64,000 nt of DNA from Gammaproteobacteria bacterium (GTDB lineage Bacteria > Pseudomonadota > Gammaproteobacteria > GCA-002705445 > GCA-002716945): assembly GCA_018670435.1 (NCBI GenBank), contig JABHRC010000039.1, positions 2,964 through 66,963 of the forward strand, read 5' to 3'. Of the stretch, positions 9,477 to 18,960 are shown piece after piece (the stretch's first letter is position 1; the number at the start of each line of letters is the position of its first letter). The notes below the pieces were generated by a model that searched no databases, was not told the DNA's origin, and worked only from the letters and a program-made list of their open reading frames with translations. A program made the translations under genes and the position numbers.

Positions 9477-10427
9477 ATGAAAAAAATATTAATATATGAA
9501 TATATTACAGGAGGAGGCCTTTTAAATGAAGATTTAACTTCTAGTCTTATGAATGAAGCTAATATGATCACCGCATCAATTAACGACTGTTGCCATAAAT
9601 CTAAGTATTTTACGCATAATTCTTTTAGGGATTATCGTCTTTCAGGTACAAATGACAAGGAATTTATCATCTTGAGAGATAATAGCAAAATCTATGACTT
9701 AGAATTTTTAAGAGAATATGATTATGTCTTACCTGTTTTACCAGAAATAGATATGGAACTATATGAATATGTAAAGTATTTAGAGGAACATGGCATTAAT
9801 GCGGTCATATCTAATTCTGATACGATAAAAATATGTTCGGACAAATTAAAATTTTATAAATATTGTAAAAAATATTCTTTACCTTCTATTAATACATATG
9901 AAAAATATAATAATAGTTTAAAAAATAAATTAGTTATGATCAAAGATAGATATGGTGCTGGTTGTTCATACAATGAGGTTGTTAAAAATACTAAAAATAA
10001 TGGAAAAATTGGAAATAATAAAGTTATTCAACCATATATCAATGGTGATGATTTTAGTATATCAATTTATTTTACTAAAAAAAATTTTAAAGTACTTACT
10101 GTCAATAAACAAATAATAGAATATAGAAATAATAAAGCTAGATTACAAAGTATTATTGTAAACATTAAAAATAAATCATATTTAAAAGTATTAAGTCTTA
10201 TATCTAGTATTAAAAATATATTTCCAGGGTTATATGGTTTTGTGGGTGTTGATATCATAGTCAATGAAGATGCTATTTTTCTTGTTGAGATTAATCCTAG
10301 ATTGACAACATCATTTATTGGAATTTATGACACAATAGGCATAAATATTATTGATTTAATTTCATCCAAGAAAGTACTAAAAAATATTATAAGCGGAAAA
10401 AAATATTACATACATAATTATGATTAA
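9477..10427 (+). CDS. orf1: ATP-grasp protein Orf1 (MfnD-like ligase)
   Basis: MKKILIYEYITGGG start at ATG 9477; DKL, GAGC, GFVGVD and EINPRLTTS motifs. Confidence 0.8.
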   Translation: MKKILIYEYITGGGLLNEDLTSSLMNEANMITASINDCCHKSKYFTHNSFRDYRLSGTNDKEFIILRDNSKIYDLEFLREYDYVLPVLPEIDMELYEYVKYLEEHGINAVISNSDTIKICSDKLKFYKYCKKYSLPSINTYEKYNNSLKNKLVMIKDRYGAGCSYNEVVKNTKNNGKIGNNKVIQPYINGDDFSISIYFTKKNFKVLTVNKQIIEYRNNKARLQSIIVNIKNKSYLKVLSLISSIKNIFPGLYGFVGVDIIVNEDAIFLVEINPRLTTSFIGIYDTIGINIIDLISSKKVLKNIISGKKYYIHNYD

Positions 10428-11469
10428 AAGAAATATATATATTGGCTGGGATATAGGGGGAGCGCATACAAAGTATACCGTATCATTTGAAAGTAAAGAT
10501 GTCGTAGAATGTAGAATTATACATTGTGAGCTATGGAAATCTTTATCAAAGTTAGAAGATATAATCGAAAATGTTAATTTTAAATATAAAAAAAAATTCA
10601 ATATAATAAATTTAATTACTATGTCTGCCGAAATGTGTGATATTTTTTGTTCTAGAAAAAAAGGCGTAAAATCAATACTCTCTTTATTTGAAAAGAGAGA
10701 TTTTATTAATCATATATATACAAAAGATAATGAGATATTAAAATTACAAGGTTTTAAGAAATACTCGTCATGCGAGTCAACGAACTGGATGGTTATAGCT
10801 GATTATTTAAAAAGTTTTGATAAAAACATAGTCGCTATTGATCTAGGATCCACTACTACCGACTTAGTTCTTATAAAAAATCATATATGTGTAAATACAA
10901 GATATGATGATTATTCTGGTTTAAATACAGGAGAGTTACTCTACACAGGAGTGCTAAGAACACCTATTTATTCAGTAACAAATTCTATAGTCTTAAATAA
11001 GAAGACTTACAATATAATACCAGAAAACTTTTCAACAATATCAGATATTTATAGATTACTAAATATTATTAAGAATAAATCTGATTATACTAATACAGCT
11101 GATGGTAGGTCAAAATCAATTAAAAATACATTACATAGAATTTCAAGGGTTTTTGGATTTGATTATACTGCTGATAATAATGATACTATAATTAAGTTAT
11201 CTAAAAAAATCATGTCTATGCACTTAGACCAAATAAGTTATACTATAAAAAGTCATATTAAAAATAATTTTTCTAATGCTAAAAATCTAAAGATTATTGG
11301 CATGGGTGTCGGGAGAACTCTCATTCAAATCATATGTACAAAAAATAGGTGGAAATATATGTCTTTAGATAGATATATAAATATTAAATATAATGAACGA
11401 TTGTGTAACCCATCTGATGCAGCGCCGTCTTGTCTGTCGTCTTTATTATTGAAAAAATACTATGAATAA
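10420..11469 (+). CDS. orf9: Hydantoinase/oxoprolinase-family protein Orf9 (MfnF-like)
   Basis: GWDIGGAHTK, TMSAEMCD, NW, DLGSTTTD, GELLYTGVLRTP and TADGR motifs. Confidence 0.85.
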   Translation: MIKRNIYIGWDIGGAHTKYTVSFESKDVVECRIIHCELWKSLSKLEDIIENVNFKYKKKFNIINLITMSAEMCDIFCSRKKGVKSILSLFEKRDFINHIYTKDNEILKLQGFKKYSSCESTNWMVIADYLKSFDKNIVAIDLGSTTTDLVLIKNHICVNTRYDDYSGLNTGELLYTGVLRTPIYSVTNSIVLNKKTYNIIPENFSTISDIYRLLNIIKNKSDYTNTADGRSKSIKNTLHRISRVFGFDYTADNNDTIIKLSKKIMSMHLDQISYTIKSHIKNNFSNAKNLKIIGMGVGRTLIQIICTKNRWKYMSLDRYINIKYNERLCNPSDAAPSCLSSLLLKKYYE

Positions 11470-12817
11470 ACAACATAAAATTAGTTATGATTATTATGGG
11501 GATTCTCGTGATATATTTGCAATAATAAAAGATTTGGAATGGTCAGTTTTTTTATGTAGTAATCATGATAAGTTTCAAGATGAGAGATATGACATTCTTA
11601 GTGCAAACCCAGTTGAAAAGATAATATCTTATGAAAAAATAACTACAGTAGAAAACAAAGATGGTATTAATGAATTTAAAGATGATCCAATAGATGTAGT
11701 AGGGGTTATCATGAAAAAATATCCTGCTGATGTAAGTGATTTACCATTTACGGGTGGAGCTATCGGTTACCTCTCATATGACTTAGGCAATCATTATGAA
11801 GGTATAGAAATAAAAACAACTGATATAAATGTTCCATTAATGGCATTCGGAATTTATGACTGGGCAGTTATAGTTGATCACCATAAAAAAAACACTACCT
11901 TGGTTTATAGGAATGAGGATATTTTTATCAAGAAAATAAAGACATGTCTTGAAATGAAAGTGTTTAAGAAGAATAAAGAGAAAAAATTCTATATTAATTC
12001 TCCTTGTACATCAAATATCACTCATGATGAATATCTTGAGAGGTTCAATAAGATACAGGCATATATTAAGAATGGAGATTGTTATCAGATAAACTTTTCA
12101 CAAAGATTTTCTGCCTCTTATACTGGTGATACTTGGGATATTTATAATAAAATAATGCCGGCTTACTCATCACCATACTCAGCATATATTAATATGCCTT
12201 TTGTAAATATAATGAGTTTTTCTCCAGAAAGATTTCTTTCATATGATGGTAATATAGTGGAGACTAAGCCAATAAAAGGAACTCGCCCTGTTTCTAGTAA
12301 TTTAGAAATTAATAAAAATCTTATAGAGGAGTTATCTAGTTCATATAAAGAGAGAGCAGAAAATTTAATGATTGTTGATTTATTAAGAAATGATCTAGGA
12401 AAAAACTGTGAATTTGGTTCAGTAAAAGTTAAAGAATTATTCAGTATTGAGACATTTGCAAATGTCCATCATTTGGTTAGTACTATTCAAGGCAAGATAT
12501 CCGAGAGTAGTAATATTTATAAACTCATCAGGGATTGTTTTCCTGGTGGCTCTATTACTGGTGCTCCAAAAATTAGAGCAATGCAGATAATAAATGAACT
12601 TGAGCCACACAATAGAAATGTTTATTGTGGGTCTATAGGTTATATTAGTTTCAGTGGAACAGCGGATTTAAATATTGCGATTAGAACAGTGATGTCGTCT
12701 GAAGATAAATTATATTTCTGGGGAGGAGGCGGCATTGTCTATGATTCTGAAATAGAATCTGAGTATAAAGAGACATTTGATAAAATTAAGCCTTTACTAG
12801 ATTTGCTTAAAAATTAA
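11462..12817 (+). CDS. pabB: Aminodeoxychorismate synthase component I
   Basis: GDCYQIN, SPERFL, TKPIKGTRP, AENLMIVDLLRND and FPGGSITGAPK motifs; would supply pABA for RFAP synthesis. Confidence 0.92.
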   Translation: MNKQHKISYDYYGDSRDIFAIIKDLEWSVFLCSNHDKFQDERYDILSANPVEKIISYEKITTVENKDGINEFKDDPIDVVGVIMKKYPADVSDLPFTGGAIGYLSYDLGNHYEGIEIKTTDINVPLMAFGIYDWAVIVDHHKKNTTLVYRNEDIFIKKIKTCLEMKVFKKNKEKKFYINSPCTSNITHDEYLERFNKIQAYIKNGDCYQINFSQRFSASYTGDTWDIYNKIMPAYSSPYSAYINMPFVNIMSFSPERFLSYDGNIVETKPIKGTRPVSSNLEINKNLIEELSSSYKERAENLMIVDLLRNDLGKNCEFGSVKVKELFSIETFANVHHLVSTIQGKISESSNIYKLIRDCFPGGSITGAPKIRAMQIINELEPHNRNVYCGSIGYISFSGTADLNIAIRTVMSSEDKLYFWGGGGIVYDSEIESEYKETFDKIKPLLDLLKN

Positions 12818-13490
12818 GCCTAATACTTTTTGAGACTTCTTCTGCGCGGTTAGAATTGAATTTATGTCTAGTTTGGAATGAGTCACACAACTGTCCTCTG
12901 AATCCTAAAAAATCAGGCTTTAACTTTTTCAATGTTTCTATATGTGCAATTTTCAAAGATCCAGATAAGCCACAAATCTTATTATGAGATTTAACTATTT
13001 TCAAAAATTCTTTTATTTCTTTTTGAGTTAATAGATCCATGATTGATTTACTATTTTTATAGCATGTATCAATCATTATACCGCTATAACCCATAGCAAT
13101 AAGTTTTTCTACATTATTAAGATTAAAATCTTTATCAGCAAACATCACACAAATGGGCTGTGTATTTTTGAAATTAATATCTTTAAGTATATGTTCATGT
13201 TCTGATAAATATGCATTATCAAAGAATCCTATTTTTAAATAATTAATTTCTTTATCTATAACCATTTTCAGATTCTTTATATTCATATTATTATTAGGAT
13301 TGAGATCATTTCCCATAGTTGCGCTAAGAATGCTATTAGGTAAAAGCCTTTTTACCTTAGAAACTAATTCTATTCCAACAAAACCTAATGCACCATCATC
13401 AACATTTTTTAGGTCTATAATATCTATATCTACTGTTGAGGCAATTTTTGCTTCATCAATATCTTTTATGCTTGCGAGAAATCTTGTCAT
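12807..13490 (-). CDS. mfnB: (5-formylfuran-3-yl)methyl phosphate synthase (DUF556, Orf22)
   Basis: LASI..IDEA, DIIDLKN...GALG, SATMG, YLKIG, MIDT, GLSGSL and PDFLGFRG motifs. Confidence 0.85.
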   Translation of the reverse strand: MTRFLASIKDIDEAKIASTVDIDIIDLKNVDDGALGFVGIELVSKVKRLLPNSILSATMGNDLNPNNNMNIKNLKMVIDKEINYLKIGFFDNAYLSEHEHILKDINFKNTQPICVMFADKDFNLNNVEKLIAMGYSGIMIDTCYKNSKSIMDLLTQKEIKEFLKIVKSHNKICGLSGSLKIAHIETLKKLKPDFLGFRGQLCDSFQTRHKFNSNRAEEVSKSIRLNF

Positions 13491-13491
13491 A

Positions 13492-14061
13492 TTATTTAAT
13501 ATTTTCTTCTTGGAATGCTTTAATCTTTTTTTCTATCCAAGCCCAAGCTTCGGATTCTCTTGGACCAGCTGTTTTTAAAATTCCGATTCTAAGGTATTCT
13601 ATTTCTTGTAAAATCTTTTCTATTGGTAGCATTTTAAGTCTACTTATAAGAACAGAGGCCTCTATCACTGATGATTGAGCTCTATTGAAACCCATGAATG
13701 GCTTATTGATTACTTTTTTGCTTATGTCACAAATTATATCTGGTCTCCTCTCATCATCTTTGAATTCCTTAGCTATCACATTATAGTGAGTGTTAGCCAA
13801 TAGTAATTGTGGGACCATATCTTTATCTCTGATATTTTCTAACTCCCAATCTTTTTTATATTTGGTCACAATTCCTGCAAATACTCTTACATCATCAATA
13901 AAGTTTATGGTTGCTAGATTATTATTAGTAATGTTTTCCAATGTCTGGGAAGGGCGAAAAGGTGATATTGTAACTTTATTATCAATTATCTGTATCCCCA
14001 TAGGTGCTATATGGACTATACTTTTTTCAGATATTGTTGTAACTATAACTTCATGTATCAT
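13492..14061 (-). CDS. orf19: DUF447 family protein (Orf19)
   Basis: EVIVTT, HIAPMG, PFRPSQTLEN, GFNRAQ..VIEA and KTAG motifs. Confidence 0.85.
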   Translation of the reverse strand: MIHEVIVTTISEKSIVHIAPMGIQIIDNKVTISPFRPSQTLENITNNNLATINFIDDVRVFAGIVTKYKKDWELENIRDKDMVPQLLLANTHYNVIAKEFKDDERRPDIICDISKKVINKPFMGFNRAQSSVIEASVLISRLKMLPIEKILQEIEYLRIGILKTAGPRESEAWAWIEKKIKAFQEENIK

Positions 14062-15449
14062 TTTTTCTTCTTATAAGTTGAGCCTTGCTCTTTAAATGTA
14101 AGTTTATCATCAATTTTTTCATCTACTATGCAACCCCATTTTAATTCTTCATCCTGCTCATATGATTTCCCAAGTTGATATGCAATTTGTGCTCTAGCTA
14201 ATTCTACTCCTAAATAAAAAGCATGCCCTGTATCATCTCCGACATCTATTCTTTTAAAAAAATCAAAGGGATCAATTGCAGTCTGTAAGCTATTTTTATT
14301 AAATAAGTGTACTCCATCATCTGTATTCATAATTCTATAGTTAGAATCATTGACTTGTTCATATAATTCCTTTACTTCTTCTTGATTATATTTTACTGGG
14401 TCTTCTTCATGAGTTGTAAGCAAACCTGAATTAATATGTTTCGGTGTAGTATTTTCTTGGTTAGCTGCCAAAATAATCCTGCGAGCTAAATCGCTTTCTT
14501 TAATTACTGTACTGCAGTGTTTGCTAACTTCTGTAGTTAGAATATGATTAATTTTAAGTTCAGAAATTATACCCATCAGTATCATAGTCATTCCGGTTGT
14601 ATCCGCATGAGTAAGCTCTGTTACATTGCCTGTACCCATCATAATATGAATATCAGGATATTTTTTTCTTAATTCACTATATCTGATAATGGATTGTGTA
14701 AAACCATAATTTATTGGATCTAAAATAGGATCTGCAATAAATATTCGTTTGTCTGCAATACATTTATCAATGCAATCAAATAGACTCATCATATCTCCAT
14801 CTTTGGGTATCAGAATAGGGTAAGAGTCTACTTCATCTAAAATGTAATAATTATCTGATTTTATACTCAAGAGGTAATCTGCTCCGGATTTACCTCCAAG
14901 AATTAATTCTTTATCTAAATGTGAATCTATACTGACATAAAAATCCTGATGTTTTAATTCTTGAATTGTTTCAGCTAAATGTGGAAATGGTTTGTTAGGT
15001 AAACATCCAATATCTATCACATCAGCGCCATTATTTCTATAATAACTAGCCATACGAATAATATCTTGTACTTTCATATTAGGGGCATCAGTTATTTCAG
15101 AAAATATATGTACCTCATACTTGGAGAGATCATACTTTAGAGGAATACCACCAAACATAACAGGCAGATCTTTTAATTCTTCTGGCCCTCTTTCGATTGC
15201 AATATTAAGTTTTTTGGCTAACTCATCTATATCACCTCTAACCTTCCCAGGTAAAATGATCTTGTTAAAGCCATCTATATCACCAATACGTCTATATATC
15301 ATCTCTGTAGTAAGCAATGCGGCAACATTTACATTAAGATCTCTTGTTTCATAAATAAAATTCTTATCTTTTATAGAATCCAAAATTTTTTTTAAATTCT
15401 TTTCAGCTAGCTTTCCAGTGATAAACAAAATTTTATTTTTCATATCCAT
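14058..15449 (-). CDS. orf20: Dihydropteroate synthase-related protein (Orf20)
   Basis: TGKLAE, VAALLT, GADVIDIG, DPILDPI, MGTGNVTELTHAD and HAFYLGVELARA motifs. Confidence 0.85.
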   Translation of the reverse strand: MDMKNKILFITGKLAEKNLKKILDSIKDKNFIYETRDLNVNVAALLTTEMIYRRIGDIDGFNKIILPGKVRGDIDELAKKLNIAIERGPEELKDLPVMFGGIPLKYDLSKYEVHIFSEITDAPNMKVQDIIRMASYYRNNGADVIDIGCLPNKPFPHLAETIQELKHQDFYVSIDSHLDKELILGGKSGADYLLSIKSDNYYILDEVDSYPILIPKDGDMMSLFDCIDKCIADKRIFIADPILDPINYGFTQSIIRYSELRKKYPDIHIMMGTGNVTELTHADTTGMTMILMGIISELKINHILTTEVSKHCSTVIKESDLARRIILAANQENTTPKHINSGLLTTHEEDPVKYNQEEVKELYEQVNDSNYRIMNTDDGVHLFNKNSLQTAIDPFDFFKRIDVGDDTGHAFYLGVELARAQIAYQLGKSYEQDEELKWGCIVDEKIDDKLTFKEQGSTYKKKK

Positions 15450-15970
15450 TCCCCCAAAGCTTTATTTAGACTTACAACATCGTCCACAACATCTACGTTT
15501 TTAAATTTTTTTAATTTTTCATAATTTTCTAGCTCTATATCTCTAGGATATAGTGTCACAGATTTTTTTGGCGCTTGTGTAATTACTGTAGGTTCAGTAT
15601 CACAAGCGAAAACAATTGAATGTATTTTACATTTCCCAGCTTGTGCAAACATATTTGTTATTAGACTATCTGATAAACCATAAGACATTTTTGCAATTGT
15701 ATTAGATGTTGTTGGAGAAACTATAATCAGTTTATATACGCCTTCATAGAGTAAGCTAACAGGAGCAGAGCTAGAAGTTATATCTTTGAAGACCTTTATT
15801 CCTTTTGATTTGAAATCTTCGAGACTATAGTCATACCATTTAAGAACTTCTTCACCCGCTTTACTAAGAAATAAATCAACATTTTTTAGAGTAAGAATTA
15901 TTTCTATTGATTCTTTTAAGTAGTGACCAGAACCAGTAATACACCATGCTATCCTTTTTTTGTCATTCAT
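15440..15970 (-). CDS. afpA: Archaeal-type flavoprotein AfpA / dihydromethanopterin reductase DmrB-like
   Basis: IAWCITGSGH, LFLSKAGEEV, PTTSNTIAK and TNMFAQAGK motifs. Confidence 0.85.
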   Translation of the reverse strand: MNDKKRIAWCITGSGHYLKESIEIILTLKNVDLFLSKAGEEVLKWYDYSLEDFKSKGIKVFKDITSSSAPVSLLYEGVYKLIIVSPTTSNTIAKMSYGLSDSLITNMFAQAGKCKIHSIVFACDTEPTVITQAPKKSVTLYPRDIELENYEKLKKFKNVDVVDDVVSLNKALGEWI

Positions 15971-16574
15971 AATGTTTTACATTTTCACTTATTATTTTTT
16001 TATATTCTATCAAGTCTTTCTGACTGTTTATATTGATAAATATATTTTTCTCATCTGAAAAATCTACTAGTTCTAAATCACATTGATTATACCACTTATC
16101 AATTTTCCTCTGACCAGTATCTAGAAATAATTTTAAATTATTCAATAAATCTTTTTTTATTAAGGAATATACTGGTTGTATCCTGTCTCCGTCATGTGCA
16201 GCTCTAACATCAAAATTACTATTAATATCAATCATCCTTTCAAAATAGACGTGGTTTACTAATGGTCCATCGCAAGGTAAGGTCATTATATATTTAGTTT
16301 TAGCATTCGTAAGTGACGTATACATGCCAGATAAAGGCCCTTGATAATTATCCAATATATCTTTCCAGGCTATCAAACCTATTTCACTATATGCATTAAG
16401 ATTTCTATTAGCATTGACATAAATTTCATTCGAATATTCTTTACATATATTATTCAAGTATTTAATAATATATTTTTTATTTATCTGTAGTAAGCCCTTA
16501 TCTTGACCACCCATTCTCTCGGATTTTCCTCCTGCCAATATGACTATTGTTATATCTTCTTTATTTATTTTCAT
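15963..16574 (-). CDS. mobA: Molybdenum cofactor guanylyltransferase
   Basis: LAGGKSERMGGQDKG, NANRN, GPLSG, PCDGP and NINS motifs. Confidence 0.9.
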   Translation of the reverse strand: MKINKEDITIVILAGGKSERMGGQDKGLLQINKKYIIKYLNNICKEYSNEIYVNANRNLNAYSEIGLIAWKDILDNYQGPLSGMYTSLTNAKTKYIMTLPCDGPLVNHVYFERMIDINSNFDVRAAHDGDRIQPVYSLIKKDLLNNLKLFLDTGQRKIDKWYNQCDLELVDFSDEKNIFININSQKDLIEYKKIISENVKHYE

Positions 16575-16630
16575 TTTATTAAAAGGTTATCATTAGGTAT
16601 TAATTATCTTATATAATAGAATAACTCAGC

Positions 16631-17587
16631 ATGAACAATAAGCGTATATATTTAGCCCCTATGGTTGGCAGAACTGATCAATATTATAGGTCATTTGTAA
16701 GAATATTATCAAAAAATATCTATTTATATACGGAAATGATCACATGCGACTCTTTTCTTCATACAGATAGAAAAAATTATACAGTCAAGGAAGAAGAAAA
16801 AAACCTAACAATACAGCTAGCTGGTTCAGATCCTAAAAAATATGGTCTGTGTGCCAGTATTATTGAGGAGAAAGGTTACAATGAAATTAATCTGAATATT
16901 GGATGCCCTAGTTCTAAAGTAGTAAAAGGAGAATTTGGAGCTTGCTTAATGAGAGATCCAGATAAGGTAGCTGATTGTGTTTATGAGATAAAAAAATCAT
17001 GTAGTTTGCCTATTTCTATAAAAACTAGATTGGGACTAGGCTATGAAGAAAATCTTGATTTACTGTTTAACTTAATTGATAAAACAAAAGATTCGGGATG
17101 TAGTAAATATATAATCCATGCAAGAAATGCAATTTTAAATGGCTTGAGCCCAAAAAAGAACAGAAAGATACCATTGCTTAGGTATGCAGATGTAAGTGTC
17201 ATAAAAAATGCTTACCCTGATCTTAAATTTTATTTGAATGGTGGAGTTGATGATATTTTAGAAATTAGAAAAAATATTAATAAATTTGATGGATTAATGA
17301 TTGGAAGAAAAATATATGATAACCCGATGTTCTTGAATGAAATTGAAGAAAAAATATATGGTAATGAAGGGGTGCTATCTAGAAAGAGTATTCTAGACAA
17401 ATATTTAAAATATGCACTGAGTCCAGAAAATAAAGATACAAGTAATTATCTCTTGCTTAGGCATTTGTTTAGTTTATATTATAATACTAGCTCATCTAAG
17501 AAATGGAAAAAATTTATACATGATATTATTCAATCAGATAAAAACATAGAACTTATAACTAATTTTGAAGAATCAACATATGACTAA
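16631..17587 (+). CDS. dusA: tRNA-dihydrouridine synthase A
   Basis: LAPM, QLAGSDP, EINLNIGCPS, GEFGACLM, HARNA.L.GLSPKKNR.IP and NGG motifs. Confidence 0.9.
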   Translation: MNNKRIYLAPMVGRTDQYYRSFVRILSKNIYLYTEMITCDSFLHTDRKNYTVKEEEKNLTIQLAGSDPKKYGLCASIIEEKGYNEINLNIGCPSSKVVKGEFGACLMRDPDKVADCVYEIKKSCSLPISIKTRLGLGYEENLDLLFNLIDKTKDSGCSKYIIHARNAILNGLSPKKNRKIPLLRYADVSVIKNAYPDLKFYLNGGVDDILEIRKNINKFDGLMIGRKIYDNPMFLNEIEEKIYGNEGVLSRKSILDKYLKYALSPENKDTSNYLLLRHLFSLYYNTSSSKKWKKFIHDIIQSDKNIELITNFEESTYD

Positions 17588-18392
17588 GAAGCTAAAGCTA
17601 ACAGCTAAAACAGCTAATAAATACGACTTGTATGAACTATCAGTTCAGAATGTAGATTTTGAGGTTGAATTTATCTCAAAAACTTTCAAGAAATATAATA
17701 AGTCAGAGTGCAACAGCGTTAGAGAAGATTTTTGTGCTTCAGCAAAAATATCATCTGCTTGGGTGCAAAATAGTTCCAATAATACCGCTTATGCAATTGA
17801 TTTGGATGAGAATATTCTCCAGTTTGCTAAAAAAGAGTGTTTGAATTCTTTAGGGGAAGATGAGTTTAATAGAATTAAATTAATAAAGGGTAATTCTCAA
17901 ACTAAGCAGACACCAAAAGTTGACTGTGTTTCTGCCTTCAACTTTAGTTATTGGGTGTTTCATAACAGAAAAGATCTCGTTAAATATTTTAAAAATTCTT
18001 ATAAGAACCTTAAACCAAAAGGTTTGTTGATGTTAGATGCTTTTGGTGGTTATGAGGCTCATCAAGAACTAGAGGAGAAGACTAAATATAAAGATTTTAC
18101 CTATTGCTGGGACCAACATAGCTTTAACCCAATAACAAATTATATAACATGTCATATACATTTTGAGTTTAACGATGGTTCTGTCATTAAGAAAGCTTTT
18201 GAATATAATTGGAGATTATGGTCTTTGCCTGAAATCAAGGAATGTTTAACTGAGGCAGGGTTCAAGTCTATTGATATATACATGCAACGCTGGGATTATA
18301 AAAATAATCAAGAAACTGAAAAATTCTATAGAATGACTAAATGTGATGCGGATCCAGGCTGGATCGCATATATTGTGGCATCCAAATATTAA
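17580..18392 (+). CDS. Class I SAM-dependent methyltransferase of unknown substrate
   Basis: LYELSVQ, REDFCASA, AIDLD, AFNFSY, LDAFGG and WRLW motifs; ATG 17580 overlaps the end of dusA. Confidence 0.7.
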   Translation: MTKKLKLTAKTANKYDLYELSVQNVDFEVEFISKTFKKYNKSECNSVREDFCASAKISSAWVQNSSNNTAYAIDLDENILQFAKKECLNSLGEDEFNRIKLIKGNSQTKQTPKVDCVSAFNFSYWVFHNRKDLVKYFKNSYKNLKPKGLLMLDAFGGYEAHQELEEKTKYKDFTYCWDQHSFNPITNYITCHIHFEFNDGSVIKKAFEYNWRLWSLPEIKECLTEAGFKSIDIYMQRWDYKNNQETEKFYRMTKCDADPGWIAYIVASKY

Positions 18393-18436
18393 CGATAAAT
18401 ATTTCTATATATATCAAACTTCTCTATACTTATATC

Positions 18437-18771
18437 GAGAGTCAACTATATGATCGCTGTGTAAACAGAGGAAAGTCCGGGCTCCATAGGCAATAGTGCC
18501 AGGTAACACCTGGGAAACGTGAGTTTACGGAAAGTGCTGCAGAAAATAACCGCTAGTATTTAATATTAGTAAGGGTGAAAAGGTGAGGTAAGAGCTCACC
18601 ACATACAAGGTAACGAGTATGGTTGAGGCAAACCCCACTAGGAGCAAAGCAAATTTATAGCATTTTGTCAGCCTAAGACACGCTATATGGTAAGCTGCTA
18701 GAGGTTTTTGGTGACAAAAATCCCAGATTAATGATCATACACGACAGAACCCGGCTTATCGGTTGACTCTC
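18437..18771 (+). ncRNA. rnpB: RNase P RNA (type A)
   Basis: GAGGAAAGTCCGGGCTCC and ACAGAACCCGGCTTA conserved blocks; ends GAGAGTCAAC / GTTGACTCTC pair as P1; upstream of mraZ. Confidence 0.97.
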
Positions 18772-18885
18772 AGAACATTTATTCATTATTTAATCACTAT
18801 AATCCTATAACTTATTGTTTAATATAAGCATTTTATTAATATGAATCATTTTTAACATATTCTATGTATTTATGTAGCTAAAGAC

Positions 18886-18914
18886 TTGCATGGATCAATA
18901 AAAAGTCATATAGT
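18886..18914 (+). promoter_or_regulatory. Sigma70 promoter of the dcw operon
   Basis: TTGCAT (18886-18891), 17 bp, TATAGT (18909-18914). Confidence 0.7.
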
Positions 18915-18960
18915 GTTGATATATGGTAATTTATGTAAGATTGTGGGGAATAATGGTAAA
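18911..18960 (+). promoter_or_regulatory. Putative MraZ operator (10-bp periodic RTGG-like repeats)
   Basis: Units tagtgttgat / atatggtaat / ttatgtaaga / ttgtggggaa / taatggtaaa, with RTG at 18913, 18923, 18933, 18943 and 18953. Confidence 0.65.

Noticed and set aside
18772..18885. Spacer between rnpB and the mraZ promoter as a possible sRNA or IHF site (TAACTTATTGTTT)
   Set aside because: Very AT-rich, no convincing stem, and only an imperfect IHF match.
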